Both the position numbers and the translations under genes were made by a program. From the NCBI GenBank assembly GCA_019058315.1, contig JAHPZH010000002.1:32001-96000 (forward strand): a stretch of 64,000 bases of DNA, written 5' to 3'. Source of the stretch: Candidatus Helarchaeota archaeon. Lineage in GTDB: Archaea > Asgardarchaeota > Lokiarchaeia > Helarchaeales > RDOG01. Shown in pieces: positions 37,754-47,962 of this stretch. Positions within the stretch are counted from its first letter, which is position 1. Every line of letters begins with the position of its first letter. The notes beneath the pieces are model-generated. The model saw only the letters and a program-made list of their open reading frames with translations, was not told the DNA's origin and searched no databases.

Positions 37754-38911
37754 ATGAAGTGTAAAGAAAGAGTAATAAAAGCGATTCACTTTGATAAGCC
37801 TGATAAGGTTCCAAGACATATAATGATGGATCCAAAAACTGATATGTTTCTATTTAGTACATATGAACCTTTAAGTTTTCAACCCACCAATTATCCCCCT
37901 CATATATTTGGAGGTCCTGCTGTTTATGGTGATTCAATATATCGTACAATGATTTATAAATGGAATGACGAAAACCGAATAAAATTAGGTTTACCAAAAG
38001 ATTGGTGGAATCATGAAATAAATAACGAATTACTAACAATTGATGAATGGGGTATTATTTGGAAAAGTGGAGCTGCAAGTAGAGATAAAAGCATGGGCCA
38101 TCCTTTTAGAGGTCCATTTCAAGATTCATGGGATAATCTTGATGATTATCAACCTCCTGATGCTACTGATAGAAATAGATTTAGATTCTGGAATAAACTT
38201 ACACAGGACTTTAGTAAAGATCAATATATCATGGGATGTCCTGCTCAAGCTTTTTTATATGATAAATCATCGTTTCTCAGAGGATTTACCAATATTATGG
38301 TTGATTTTGTAAGAAATCCAAAACAAGTTCATAAATTAATAAGCTATGTTACCGATTTTTTTTATGATCAAATCCCCCTTATTAAAGAAGTTTGTCCAGA
38401 GCTCGATGCTATTTTTGTTCTTGATGATCTTGGGACTCAAAAAAGCCCATTTGTATCTCCAAGGCTTTTCAAAAAATTTTATTATGAGCCTTACAAAAAA
38501 ATAATTGATTTAACTCATGATCTTGGTTTAGATTTTCTTTTACACTGTTGCGGACAAGTAAAAGAATTATTTCCTATTTTTCTAGATCTCGGAATAGATG
38601 TAATGCAATTTGATCAACCCAATTTAACTGGTGTTGAAAATTATAAAATATATGCTGAACAGCATAAAATGGCTTTTTGGTTAAGTTCTGATTTACAGAC
38701 AACTTTTACCCAAGGTACACCTGAAGATGTGGAAGAAGAAGTAAAATATTTTGTAAAAGAAATTGGAAATAACTATGGGGGGTTAATTTTTTCTATGTAT
38801 AACGATAATAGAGCAATGAAAACTCCAAAAGAAAATATAAAAGCTTTTAGGAAAGCTATGGACAAATGGGGAAAATATAACGAAAAAGGAATTATTGATT
38901 GGTTAGCTTAA
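37754..38911 (+). CDS. URO-D/MtaA-CmuA family protein, type A copy 1
   Basis: KERVIKAIHFDKPDKVP, DEWG, LRGF, DDLGTQ, LHCCG, DLQ...GTPEDV. Confidence 0.85.
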   Translation: MKCKERVIKAIHFDKPDKVPRHIMMDPKTDMFLFSTYEPLSFQPTNYPPHIFGGPAVYGDSIYRTMIYKWNDENRIKLGLPKDWWNHEINNELLTIDEWGIIWKSGAASRDKSMGHPFRGPFQDSWDNLDDYQPPDATDRNRFRFWNKLTQDFSKDQYIMGCPAQAFLYDKSSFLRGFTNIMVDFVRNPKQVHKLISYVTDFFYDQIPLIKEVCPELDAIFVLDDLGTQKSPFVSPRLFKKFYYEPYKKIIDLTHDLGLDFLLHCCGQVKELFPIFLDLGIDVMQFDQPNLTGVENYKIYAEQHKMAFWLSSDLQTTFTQGTPEDVEEEVKYFVKEIGNNYGGLIFSMYNDNRAMKTPKENIKAFRKAMDKWGKYNEKGIIDWLA

Positions 38912-38957
38912 TTACTTAAATAATTGTTAAAATTACTATAAAAAGGCGATAATAAGT

Positions 38958-40148
38958 TTGAATGCACAAGAACGGATATTAAAGGCAATTAATCACGAAG
39001 AACCCGATCGTGTCCCTTGGTTTGAATTAGGAATTGATAATTTAAAAATTATTGAGCATTATGGTGCCAGATACGAACTTCAAGGTTTTGGAAAAGTACT
39101 TAAAGATCTGTACAGCTCATTTAAAGGTGATAAAAAACAATTTTCTGAAAATTTTAACAAAATAGTTTATAGTAAAGCAGCTCTAAAAACGTTTATGAAA
39201 CCGATTGTTAAATTATATAAAAGTATAGGAATTGACGCAGCTGTTGTGCCTCTAGCCTTATACCCCCTTGAATATAATGAGGCTAGTTTCGTAGATGAAT
39301 ATGCTAGAAAATTTGATGTTATAAAAACTAGTGATGGTATGGATATTTTTTATTATAGAGGGGGTGCACTTAAAGATATTGACGATTATGAAGCATTTCC
39401 TCGCTTAAATCCTGATCTACCTTTGAGGAAAGACTCTTTTGAAGTAGCAAAAAAGTTAGAAAAACAATCTAATGGAAATATATGTATATTTCCCGCTTTC
39501 ACAGGTATAATGGAAGCGACATGGGAAGCATTTGGAATAGAAAATTTTAGTAGGTTATTAGCCAAACCAAAGATGATTAAAAAAATTTTTGATGATATGG
39601 GCAAGTTTGCGGTTGAATTAACAAAAAGGATTGTTGAATGGGGAGAAACTGGACCAATTTTAGTTTTTGACGATTATGGTTATAAAAAAGGATTATTTAT
39701 GAGTCCAAGGAATTATAGAAAATACGTTTTTCCTTGGTTAGAACAGATTTGTAAAACAGCTCATAAAGGCGGATTAAAAGTAATTTTACATAGTTGTGGA
39801 GATATTTCTGCCATCTTAGATGATCTCATTAAATCAGGTGTGGACGCCCTCCATCCAATTGAACCAACAACAGCAAATCCGGAATATAGTATTTTTAAAC
39901 TGAAAGAGAAAATTGGTAAAGATATAACTTTTGTTGGTAATGTATCTCCTCAAGATCTTTCAGATAAAGATCCGGATTTTATAAAAAATTATACAAAAGA
40001 ATTAATTAGAGATGTTGCTCCTGGAGGAGGTTTTATATTAAGTTCTGGACACAGTATTAATCCTGCAGTTAAATTAGAAAATTTTCTAGCAATGAAAGAA
40101 ATATTTGAAAAATATAGAAATTATCCAATAGGATTTATTCCCGATTAA
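38958..40148 (+). CDS. URO-D/MtaA-CmuA family protein, type B copy 1
   Basis: ERILKAINHEEPDRVP, FDDYG, LHSCG, PGGGFILSSGHSI. Confidence 0.85.
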   Translation: MNAQERILKAINHEEPDRVPWFELGIDNLKIIEHYGARYELQGFGKVLKDLYSSFKGDKKQFSENFNKIVYSKAALKTFMKPIVKLYKSIGIDAAVVPLALYPLEYNEASFVDEYARKFDVIKTSDGMDIFYYRGGALKDIDDYEAFPRLNPDLPLRKDSFEVAKKLEKQSNGNICIFPAFTGIMEATWEAFGIENFSRLLAKPKMIKKIFDDMGKFAVELTKRIVEWGETGPILVFDDYGYKKGLFMSPRNYRKYVFPWLEQICKTAHKGGLKVILHSCGDISAILDDLIKSGVDALHPIEPTTANPEYSIFKLKEKIGKDITFVGNVSPQDLSDKDPDFIKNYTKELIRDVAPGGGFILSSGHSINPAVKLENFLAMKEIFEKYRNYPIGFIPD

Positions 40149-40295
40149 AAATTAACAACTTAAACTCAGTATAATCCTTTTTGATTAACCTAATGGAAAA
40201 TTATAAAGAGAAAGTAAGTTTTACGATAGTTAATAAATGAAAAAATTATTAAATAAATTTCTTTATTTAAAAATAATAATTCTGGTGTATTTATT

Positions 40296-41453
40296 ATGAA
40301 TTGTAAAGAAAGAGTAATAAAAGCATTTCATTTTGATAAACCTGACAAGATCCCAAAACATATAATACTTGATCCAAGGACTGATATGTTCATATTATAT
40401 ACTTATGAACCTTTAAGTTTTCAACCCACCAATTATCCTCCTCATATATTTGGAGGTCCTGCTCTTTATGGTGATAAACAATATCGTACAATGATTTATA
40501 AATGGAATGACGAAAACCGAATAAAATTAGGATTACCAGAAGATTGGTGGAATCATGAAATAAATAACGAATTACTAACAATTGATGAATGGGGTATTAT
40601 TTGGAAAAGTGGAGCTGCAAGTAGAGATAAAAGCATGGGCCATCCTTTTAGAGGTCCATTTCAAGATTCATGGGATAATCTTGATGAGTATCAACCTCCT
40701 GATGCTACTGATAGAAATAGATTTAGATACTGGAATAAACTTACGCAAAGCTTGAATAAAGATAATTATATCTTAGGATGTCCAATGCTATGTTTCATAC
40801 ATAATAAATCATCATTTCTTAGAGGATTTACAAATATTATGGTTGATTTTGTAAGAAATCCAAAACAAGTTCATAAATTAATAAAATACGTTACTGATTT
40901 TTTTTATGATCAAATACCACTTATTAAAGAGGTTTGTCCAGAGCTCGATGCTATTTTTGTTCTTGATGATCTCGGGTCTCAACAAAGTCCGATTATATCT
41001 CCAAGACTTTTTAAAAAATTTTATTATGAGCCTTACAAAAAAATAATTGATTTAACTCACGATCTTGGTTTGGATTTTGTTTTACATTGTTGTGGACAAG
41101 TAAAAGAATTATTTCCTATTTTTCTAGATCTTGGAATAGATGTAATGGAATTTGATCAGCCCAATGTTACAGGTGTTGAAAATTATAAAATATACGCTGA
41201 ACAGCATAAAATGGCTTTTTGGTTAAGTTCTGATCTGCAAACAACTTTTACCCAAGGTACACCTGAAGATGTGGAAAAAGAAGTAAAATATTTTGTAAAA
41301 GAAATTGGAAATAACTATGGGGGTTTGGCGTTTTCTATGTATAATGATAATAGAGCAATGCAAACTCCAAAAGAAAATATAAAAGCTTTTAGGAAAGCTA
41401 TGGACAAATGGGGAAAATATAACGAACAAGGAATTATTGATTGGTTAGCTTAA
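40296..41453 (+). CDS. URO-D/MtaA-CmuA family protein, type A copy 2
   Basis: Same length (385 aa) as, and highly similar to, 37754..38911. Confidence 0.85.
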   Translation: MNCKERVIKAFHFDKPDKIPKHIILDPRTDMFILYTYEPLSFQPTNYPPHIFGGPALYGDKQYRTMIYKWNDENRIKLGLPEDWWNHEINNELLTIDEWGIIWKSGAASRDKSMGHPFRGPFQDSWDNLDEYQPPDATDRNRFRYWNKLTQSLNKDNYILGCPMLCFIHNKSSFLRGFTNIMVDFVRNPKQVHKLIKYVTDFFYDQIPLIKEVCPELDAIFVLDDLGSQQSPIISPRLFKKFYYEPYKKIIDLTHDLGLDFVLHCCGQVKELFPIFLDLGIDVMEFDQPNVTGVENYKIYAEQHKMAFWLSSDLQTTFTQGTPEDVEKEVKYFVKEIGNNYGGLAFSMYNDNRAMQTPKENIKAFRKAMDKWGKYNEQGIIDWLA

Positions 41454-41505
41454 TTAATAATTAAATAATATTATTAAAAATATCATAAAAAATGAGATAA
41501 TAAAT

Positions 41506-42696
41506 ATGAATGCTCAAGAACGGATATTAAAAGCAATTAATCACGAAGAACCTGATCGTGTCCCTTGGTTTGAATTAGGAATTGATAATTTAAAAATTGT
41601 GGAGCATTATGGCTCCAGATATGAACTACAAGGTTTTGGAAAAGTACTTAAAGATCTTTTTAGCTCATTTAAAGGCGATAAAAAAGTATTAAATGAAAAT
41701 ATAAAGAAATTAGTTTATAGTAAAGCAACTCAAAAAATGGCAATGAAACCAGTTGTTAAATTATATAAAGATATCGGCATAGACGCTGCTATTGTGCCTA
41801 TAGCCTTATACCATCTTGAATACGAAGAAAGTGGTTTCGTAGATGAATATGCTAGAAAATTTGATGTTATAAAAACTAGTGATGGTATGGATTTTTTTTA
41901 TTATAGAGGTGGTGTACTTAAAGATTTTGATGATTATGAAGCATTTCCTCCCTTAGATCCTGATCTCCCTCTTAGGAAATACTCTTTTGAAGTTGCAAAA
42001 GAATTAGAAAAAAAAGCAAATGGTGATATATACATAATTCCCGCTTATGCTGGAATGATGGAAGCAACATGGGAAGCATTTGGGATAGAAAATTTTAGTA
42101 GATTATTAGCTAAACCTAAGATTGTTAAAAAAATTTTTGATGATATGGGCAAATTTGCGGTTGAATTAACAAAAAGAATTATTGAATGGGGGGAAACTGG
42201 AGCATGTTTAATCTTTGACGATTATGGCTATAAAAAAGGATTATTTATGAGTCCTAGAAATTATAGAAAATATGTTTTCCCTTGGTTAGAACAAATTTGT
42301 AAAACAGCTCATAAAGGTGGAATAAAAGTAATTTTACATAGCTGTGGGGATATTTATACTATTTTAGACGATATTATTAAAGCAGGGGTTGATGCCCTCC
42401 ATCCTATTGAACCAACAACAGCAAATTCTGAATATAGTATTTTTAAATTGAAAGAAAAAATTGGAAAAGAAATGACTTTTGTTGGTAACGTATCTCCCCA
42501 AGATCTTTCAGATAAAGATCCTAAATTTATAAAAAATTATACAGAAGAATTAATTAGAGAAGTCGCTCCTGGAGGAGGATTTATTTTAAGTTCGGGTCAT
42601 TCTATTAATCCTGCGGTTAAACTAGAAAATTTTCTAGCGATGAAAGAAACATTAGAAAAATATGGAAAATATCCAATAGGACACAGTTCTAGTTAA
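41506..42696 (+). CDS. URO-D/MtaA-CmuA family protein, type B copy 2
   Basis: Same length (396 aa) as, and highly similar to, 38958..40148. Confidence 0.85.
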   Translation: MNAQERILKAINHEEPDRVPWFELGIDNLKIVEHYGSRYELQGFGKVLKDLFSSFKGDKKVLNENIKKLVYSKATQKMAMKPVVKLYKDIGIDAAIVPIALYHLEYEESGFVDEYARKFDVIKTSDGMDFFYYRGGVLKDFDDYEAFPPLDPDLPLRKYSFEVAKELEKKANGDIYIIPAYAGMMEATWEAFGIENFSRLLAKPKIVKKIFDDMGKFAVELTKRIIEWGETGACLIFDDYGYKKGLFMSPRNYRKYVFPWLEQICKTAHKGGIKVILHSCGDIYTILDDIIKAGVDALHPIEPTTANSEYSIFKLKEKIGKEMTFVGNVSPQDLSDKDPKFIKNYTEELIREVAPGGGFILSSGHSINPAVKLENFLAMKETLEKYGKYPIGHSSS

Positions 42697-42753
42697 AAAT
42701 CAGTATTTTTAATTATTATCTTATTTAAATCTTTTTAGGTTTAATTTCTTTGA

Positions 42754-44022
42754 GTGATTAATATGTATTTAAATTCTTTTTCGAATCTTTTTAAGTTAAC
42801 AAATAGATCTAACCATCGTATTTCCAGTTGGGATAAAAAAGGAAGGAATAATGATTTTATTCATGTTGAGAGCAAAAAGACTGCGACTTTAGCCGAAATA
42901 CAAGGTCCTGGAATTATTAAACACATTTATTTTACTACAATTCTTCAAAATCCTCTTGATTTTAGGTACGGAATAATAAGAATGTATTGGGATCACGAAG
43001 AAAATCCTAGTGTTGAAGTACCTTTAGGGGATTTCTTTGGAGTAAGTAATTGTAAGGTACGTCTGATTAATTCATTAATCATTACTATTAATAGAGGAGC
43101 CTTAGGGAGTTATGGTTTTAATATGTATTTTCCAATGCCATTTTCTAAACATGCTAAAATTGAATTAGAAAATCAAGGACCATCAACATTAGGTGGTATT
43201 ATCTCCGCTTTTTGGTATCATATAGATTATGATAAATTAAATGAACCGTTACCTAAGGATACAGGTTATTTTCACGCCTTTTGGAATAAAGAAAAACTTA
43301 CAAAAATTTCAGAAAGAATTCCAGTAAAAAAGAAAAATGTTCAACTATGGAGCGGAAAAAATTTAACAGGTGAAGATAATTACGTAATTTTAGATACTGA
43401 GGGAAACGGACAGCTAGCAGGATTACTGCTGAATATAGATAATATAGCTGGAAGTTGGTATGGAGAAGGTGATGATATGATTTTTATTGATAATGATACA
43501 TGGCCTCCTTCTATTCACGGAACAGGTACCGAAGAGATTTTTGGAGGCGGTGCAAGCCCAAAACATGAATATTCGGGTCCATATACAGGATTCCATCTCA
43601 TTGAAAACTTTGATTATTCAGGAAATAATGGCATGTATCGATGGTATATTCATGATCCTATAAGGTTTAAAAAAAGAATTAGATGGACAATTGAACATGG
43701 TCATGCTAATAATTTTGAAAATGATTATTCCAGTGTGGCTTATTGGTATCAAAATGAGCCACATAAAAAATTCCCACCATTACTTCCAATAGACGAAAGA
43801 ATACCAAGATTACCAGATAATTTTGAACAGATTTGGTCAGAATGTAAATTAACCACAACTGAAGTATTTCTAAGGTTAAGTAGTTCAAAATCTAAATATT
43901 CAACAGTTATTGATAGATCATATCAAGACACTTTACACGATTTTATGCAAGGAAAATATCAAATAGCTTATGAAAATTTGAAAAAAATAAGAAAAAAGCT
44001 AAAAGAAAAATCTGAAGCATAA
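42754..44022 (+). CDS. DUF2961 / GH172-like glycoside hydrolase
   Basis: SSWD..G.N.D, GPG.I.HI, PSVEVPLGDFFG, WYGEGDDMIFID, GTGTEE, YRWYI.DPI.F, IEHGHAN, SVAYWYQ. Start probably ATG 42763. Confidence 0.88.
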   Translation: MINMYLNSFSNLFKLTNRSNHRISSWDKKGRNNDFIHVESKKTATLAEIQGPGIIKHIYFTTILQNPLDFRYGIIRMYWDHEENPSVEVPLGDFFGVSNCKVRLINSLIITINRGALGSYGFNMYFPMPFSKHAKIELENQGPSTLGGIISAFWYHIDYDKLNEPLPKDTGYFHAFWNKEKLTKISERIPVKKKNVQLWSGKNLTGEDNYVILDTEGNGQLAGLLLNIDNIAGSWYGEGDDMIFIDNDTWPPSIHGTGTEEIFGGGASPKHEYSGPYTGFHLIENFDYSGNNGMYRWYIHDPIRFKKRIRWTIEHGHANNFENDYSSVAYWYQNEPHKKFPPLLPIDERIPRLPDNFEQIWSECKLTTTEVFLRLSSSKSKYSTVIDRSYQDTLHDFMQGKYQIAYENLKKIRKKLKEKSEA

Positions 44023-44032
44023 AATAGGTCTT

Positions 44033-44134
44033 TTAAAGAATAAAAAAGATAAACAAAATCCAACTAATTGAAATAACTACTAAAATCAAAAAAATATTTA
44101 ATGTAAATTTCCCTAAACCAGATTTTTTTTCCAA
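44033..44134 (-). CDS. putative 33-aa single-TM peptide
   Basis: TTG-started (M)EKKSGLGKFTLNIFLILVVISISWILFIFFIL*; could also arise by chance in T-rich DNA. Confidence 0.3.
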   Translation of the reverse strand: MEKKSGLGKFTLNIFLILVVISISWILFIFFIL

Positions 44135-44351
44135 GAACTAATCCATCCTACTCATAATAATTAATTTTAATTTAAGATTCAGAAGTGAGATTTTTTGAAA
44201 GATACTAATTAAAATTATTAAAATAATTCTTATTATGAGTTATTGGACATTTTTTTAACATTTGAAAACTAGAATAAACTATTCCAAGGTCTTATTATAA
44301 AATAATGTTAAATCAAAGGTACTGAAAGAAAAAGAATAAATTCATAATTTA

Positions 44352-44738
44352 TTAGGATTTAAAAAAAGAGTTTTTAGTGTCTTCTCCATCTAAAATCCAA
44401 AGTAATATAATTCCAATAATGAAAATCATCAAAATAAGAGATATTATTGCTGATATAACCCAACCCCATTCCTTAAATGTAATAAGACCAAAAACAGTCA
44501 CTACTAATAAGATTCCTAAAAATAAAGATATTAATCCGATAATCGGTAACATTTCCAACAAAGGTTGACCAGTTATTACATTAGTATCAAAAAATCCCGC
44601 CCAACCCAATTGTATACCAAGATTTATTACTCTAAATGGTTCGATAAAAGAAAATATTCCAACATATAAGGAATATAATCCCCAGATTAAGAATAGGATA
44701 ATAATTACCCAATATCCGAATGTTCTTTTATTACTCAA
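44352..44738 (-). CDS. small integral membrane protein (DUF2127-like topology)
   Basis: Three hydrophobic segments; GL...KEWGW motif. Confidence 0.7.
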   Translation of the reverse strand: MSNKRTFGYWVIIILFLIWGLYSLYVGIFSFIEPFRVINLGIQLGWAGFFDTNVITGQPLLEMLPIIGLISLFLGILLVVTVFGLITFKEWGWVISAIISLILMIFIIGIILLWILDGEDTKNSFFKS

Positions 44739-44850
44739 TTTTTTTCAATCCTTGAAGTATTAAATTAATAAACATAAAAAAAATTTATCCAGCCATTTGA
44801 TTATAGTTTTCCTAAATTCATTCAAGTCAAATTGTTAAGTGAAATAAACG

Positions 44851-45462
44851 ATGAATAAAAAAATTGAAGATTATTCAAGCAAAAAGAAGTCAATTAAACC
44901 AATTCGACTTTCCAAACCGCGGATCCATCCATTAGACAAATCAAAATGGAACGAGGATGTGATATCACAATTAAAGAATTTGCAACAAGGTCCTAGAGGG
45001 CAGGTTCCTAATATTTTCACAACTCTGGCAAATCACCCAAAATTACTTAAACGATTTTTAGTGTTTGGACGTCACATCACCCTTAAATCGTCTCTTCCTC
45101 GACGAGACCGAGAAATGCTAATGCTTCGAATTGGATGGCTTTGCTACAGCGAATATGAATTTGGACAGCATGCTAAAATCGGAAAAAGTTGTGGTCTCAG
45201 CGATGAAGAAATCAAAATGATAATGGAAGGTCCTGATGCTAAGGGATGGGAGCCATTTGAAGCTGCTTTGCTTCGTGCGGTGGATGAACTCCATGCGGAT
45301 GCATTCATAACTGACTCTACTTGGAATGAAATTGCAGAACGTTACAATACCCACCAAATAATGGATCTTATTTTCACAGTTGGTCAATATAATCTGATAA
45401 GTATGGCTCTAAATTCTTTAGGAGTCCAACTGGATTCTTGGATTGATGGTTTTCCGAAATGA
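44851..45462 (+). CDS. carboxymuconolactone decarboxylase/AhpD-like family protein
   Basis: NIFTTLANHP, LP.RDRE...LR......SEYEFGQH, AVDEL. Confidence 0.85.
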   Translation: MNKKIEDYSSKKKSIKPIRLSKPRIHPLDKSKWNEDVISQLKNLQQGPRGQVPNIFTTLANHPKLLKRFLVFGRHITLKSSLPRRDREMLMLRIGWLCYSEYEFGQHAKIGKSCGLSDEEIKMIMEGPDAKGWEPFEAALLRAVDELHADAFITDSTWNEIAERYNTHQIMDLIFTVGQYNLISMALNSLGVQLDSWIDGFPK

Positions 45463-45480
45463 TATTTAGAGGCACGCTTT

Positions 45481-45804
45481 ATGAATTTATTACAAACCTA
45501 TACTGATTGCTTAAAAAATGGAGATGCTGAAAAGCTTGCTTCGATTTTCACAGAAGATGCAATTTTTAATGATAATGGACCTAGTAAATTTGGACAAAGA
45601 CCCATTAATTTAAAAGGTAGAAATAAAATTGAAGCATTTTTTAAGAGAGCTCTAGCCAGAGGCGGATTTAAAATTTCAAATATAAATATAAATAAAAATG
45701 CTATGAGATATGATATCCAAATTGGGGAAACTTTATTTCTCGCTCTTGGTGTAATGAAAGAAGAAAAAAATCTGATTAAGGAATATAATGTTACTGTTGT
45801 ATAA
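45481..45804 (+). CDS. NTF2/SnoaL-like protein
   Basis: GDAEKLASIFTEDA.F.D...GR..IEAFF. Confidence 0.75.
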   Translation: MNLLQTYTDCLKNGDAEKLASIFTEDAIFNDNGPSKFGQRPINLKGRNKIEAFFKRALARGGFKISNININKNAMRYDIQIGETLFLALGVMKEEKNLIKEYNVTVV

Positions 45805-45823
45805 AATCATGAGGGAATATTAA

Positions 45824-46543
45824 ATGTCGGACAAATTTAAAGAACATTTCGATTCGATAGCTGAAGAATATGATGATGAAAGGGAAGATTTTTCTAAAAT
45901 GGAAGCTATGGTCCTCATATACTCTTGTGGAAAAATTAAAGGTTGTAAGATTCTTGATATAGGCACTGGTACTGGTATAATAGCTCTTGAATTTGCAAAA
46001 CGAGTGGGAAATGAAGATGAGGTAATTGGTATTGACATATCCGAATCTATGCTTAAGATAGCAAAGAAAAAAGCAAAAGAAATAGGTGTAAATAATATCA
46101 AATTTAAGGTTGGCAGTTTTACCAATATACCACTTACAAACGAGAGTGTAGATATTATTGTATCAAGTGCAGCTCTCCACCATGTAAAACCACAAGAAAA
46201 GCTAAACGCTTTCAAAGAGATGTGGAGAGTATTGAAAATTGGTGGTAGAATTGTAATTAATGATGCAATGTACGAAAATGAAGAATGGAGAAGTATTTTT
46301 ATAGATATGGATTTATTAAAAAGACACCTTGAAAAAATCGGTTTTCCAAAAGAAAGAATGGATATGACTTTGGGATTGACAAAAACTAGCGTTGGACTCA
46401 TCGGTACATTCAGAGATGAATATGTTGAAAGTGTAGGTGCTATAAAAAAATATGCGGAAGAAGCTGGGTTTAAAGGAATAAAAATAAAGGTAACATTTAA
46501 GCCATTACCCGCCCATTGGGTTCTAAAAGCAAAAAAATTATGA
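45824..46543 (+). CDS. class I SAM-dependent methyltransferase (UbiE-like)
   Basis: ILDIGTGTG, GIDIS..ML, RVLK.GG. Confidence 0.9.
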   Translation: MSDKFKEHFDSIAEEYDDEREDFSKMEAMVLIYSCGKIKGCKILDIGTGTGIIALEFAKRVGNEDEVIGIDISESMLKIAKKKAKEIGVNNIKFKVGSFTNIPLTNESVDIIVSSAALHHVKPQEKLNAFKEMWRVLKIGGRIVINDAMYENEEWRSIFIDMDLLKRHLEKIGFPKERMDMTLGLTKTSVGLIGTFRDEYVESVGAIKKYAEEAGFKGIKIKVTFKPLPAHWVLKAKKL

Positions 46544-46607
46544 TTTTCGAATTAAAGAAACAAATTAAATTTATAAATTATGCTTAATTATACTCCTCTG
46601 AATTCAA

Positions 46608-47924
46608 ATGGATTCCACTGAAACATCAAATAACACTGAGGAGCAATATTTACTCTCAGGAATGAATTTTTTAAAGGATGGAAAATTTGATGATGCTATA
46701 AAAGCATTTGATGATGCCCTAAAGATAAATCCAAATTCTTCATCAATTCACGCATATTTAGGTGATGCTTTAAGGAAAAAAGGATTATTTAATGAAGCGA
46801 TTAAAGAGAATAACGAGGCTATAAGACTCGAGCCTGATAATTTTGAGGCATATAATAATCTTGGACTAACTTTTTCGGATATGGGACAATATAATAGAGC
46901 TATCATGGAGTTTAGACAGGCTATACAACTAAATCCAATTTTTATAAATGCTTTTTTAAACCTCGGAGTTGCTCTTCTAGAAGTAGAGCTTTATGAAGAG
47001 GGGTTTCAAGCATTTAAAGAAGCTGTGCGAATAGCACCTAATGAATATTTGACTCATTATCAATTAGCAATAGCATTTTATAAAACTGGTATGATTAAAG
47101 ATGCAATTAATGAGTGTAAAGAAGCTTTAAAAATAGCTCCCGAATATTTAGATGCCCATGATCTTCTTGGTTTTCTTTTTTACATTAATGGAGAGCTTGA
47201 AGATGCAATAGAAGAATATAAAAAAGTACTAAGATCAAAACCAGAATATGCAGAAGCGCATTTTAATTTAGGAAATGTGCTTATAAGTAAAGAAAGTATC
47301 GATGAGGGAATTAGGGAATATAAAAAAGCATTAATATTAAAGCCTTCATTATATCAAGATTTCAAAAATCAAGCTTCAATGCAACATAAGACTTACATAA
47401 TAAAAGCATATGAAGAAATCAGAGATACTGAAAGTAAGGTTAAACCAACAGAAGATGAGCTAAATAAAGTAATTCAAAAATATGAAAAAAAATTGAAAAA
47501 AATAAATAGTAAAAAAAATCCTGTAGAATTTGCTGAGGTTTTAAAGGATTTAGGAGATTCCTACTTTACACTTGCAAATTCAAGTTCTGATGAAAAATAT
47601 CTAGAAGAGGGATTGTCTGGGTTTTTCCGAGTTGGAGATAAAGCAAAAAACTTAAAAAATGCTATAAACGCCTATAAGCAAGCCCTAGAAATATTTAATG
47701 TTCGAAATTTTCCAATTGAATTTGCAATGACTCAAATGAACCTTGGAAACGCATACTATTCTCTTTGTGAATTAGAAGAAACAAGAAAAAATCTTTCTAA
47801 TGCACTCCGAGTATATACCATAGCCTTTCCTACTCTAAAAGCTGATAAATATCCTCAATATCATCAAAAGATAAAAAATAATATAAAAGAAATACAACAA
47901 AGGTTGAGTTCTAATTCTATTTAA
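46608..47924 (+). CDS. tetratricopeptide repeat protein
   Basis: About 7 canonical TPRs (AYNNLG, AHFNLG) plus C-terminal longer TPR-type repeats (FAMTQMNLGNAY). Confidence 0.9.
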   Translation: MDSTETSNNTEEQYLLSGMNFLKDGKFDDAIKAFDDALKINPNSSSIHAYLGDALRKKGLFNEAIKENNEAIRLEPDNFEAYNNLGLTFSDMGQYNRAIMEFRQAIQLNPIFINAFLNLGVALLEVELYEEGFQAFKEAVRIAPNEYLTHYQLAIAFYKTGMIKDAINECKEALKIAPEYLDAHDLLGFLFYINGELEDAIEEYKKVLRSKPEYAEAHFNLGNVLISKESIDEGIREYKKALILKPSLYQDFKNQASMQHKTYIIKAYEEIRDTESKVKPTEDELNKVIQKYEKKLKKINSKKNPVEFAEVLKDLGDSYFTLANSSSDEKYLEEGLSGFFRVGDKAKNLKNAINAYKQALEIFNVRNFPIEFAMTQMNLGNAYYSLCELEETRKNLSNALRVYTIAFPTLKADKYPQYHQKIKNNIKEIQQRLSSNSI

Positions 47925-47962
47925 ACTAATTCTCCGATTTTTAGATTAAGAAAAAATACGTT

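Larger units (their letters stand above)
37652..42690 (+). repeat. tandem duplication of a ~2.54-kb two-gene URO-D-family unit
   Basis: Unit 1 (~37652-40150) and unit 2 (~40187-42690) share long identical nucleotide runs and similar upstream sequence (AACCTA(C/A)TGGAAAAT; GTGTATTTATTATGAA). Confidence 0.9.

Noticed and set aside
35493-42696. hemE / mtaA gene symbols
   Set aside because: Only family-level similarity; the ligand motifs deviate and the specific function cannot be assigned.
45820-46401. 193-aa antisense ORF
   Set aside because: Shadow of the methyltransferase gene, which has clear motifs.
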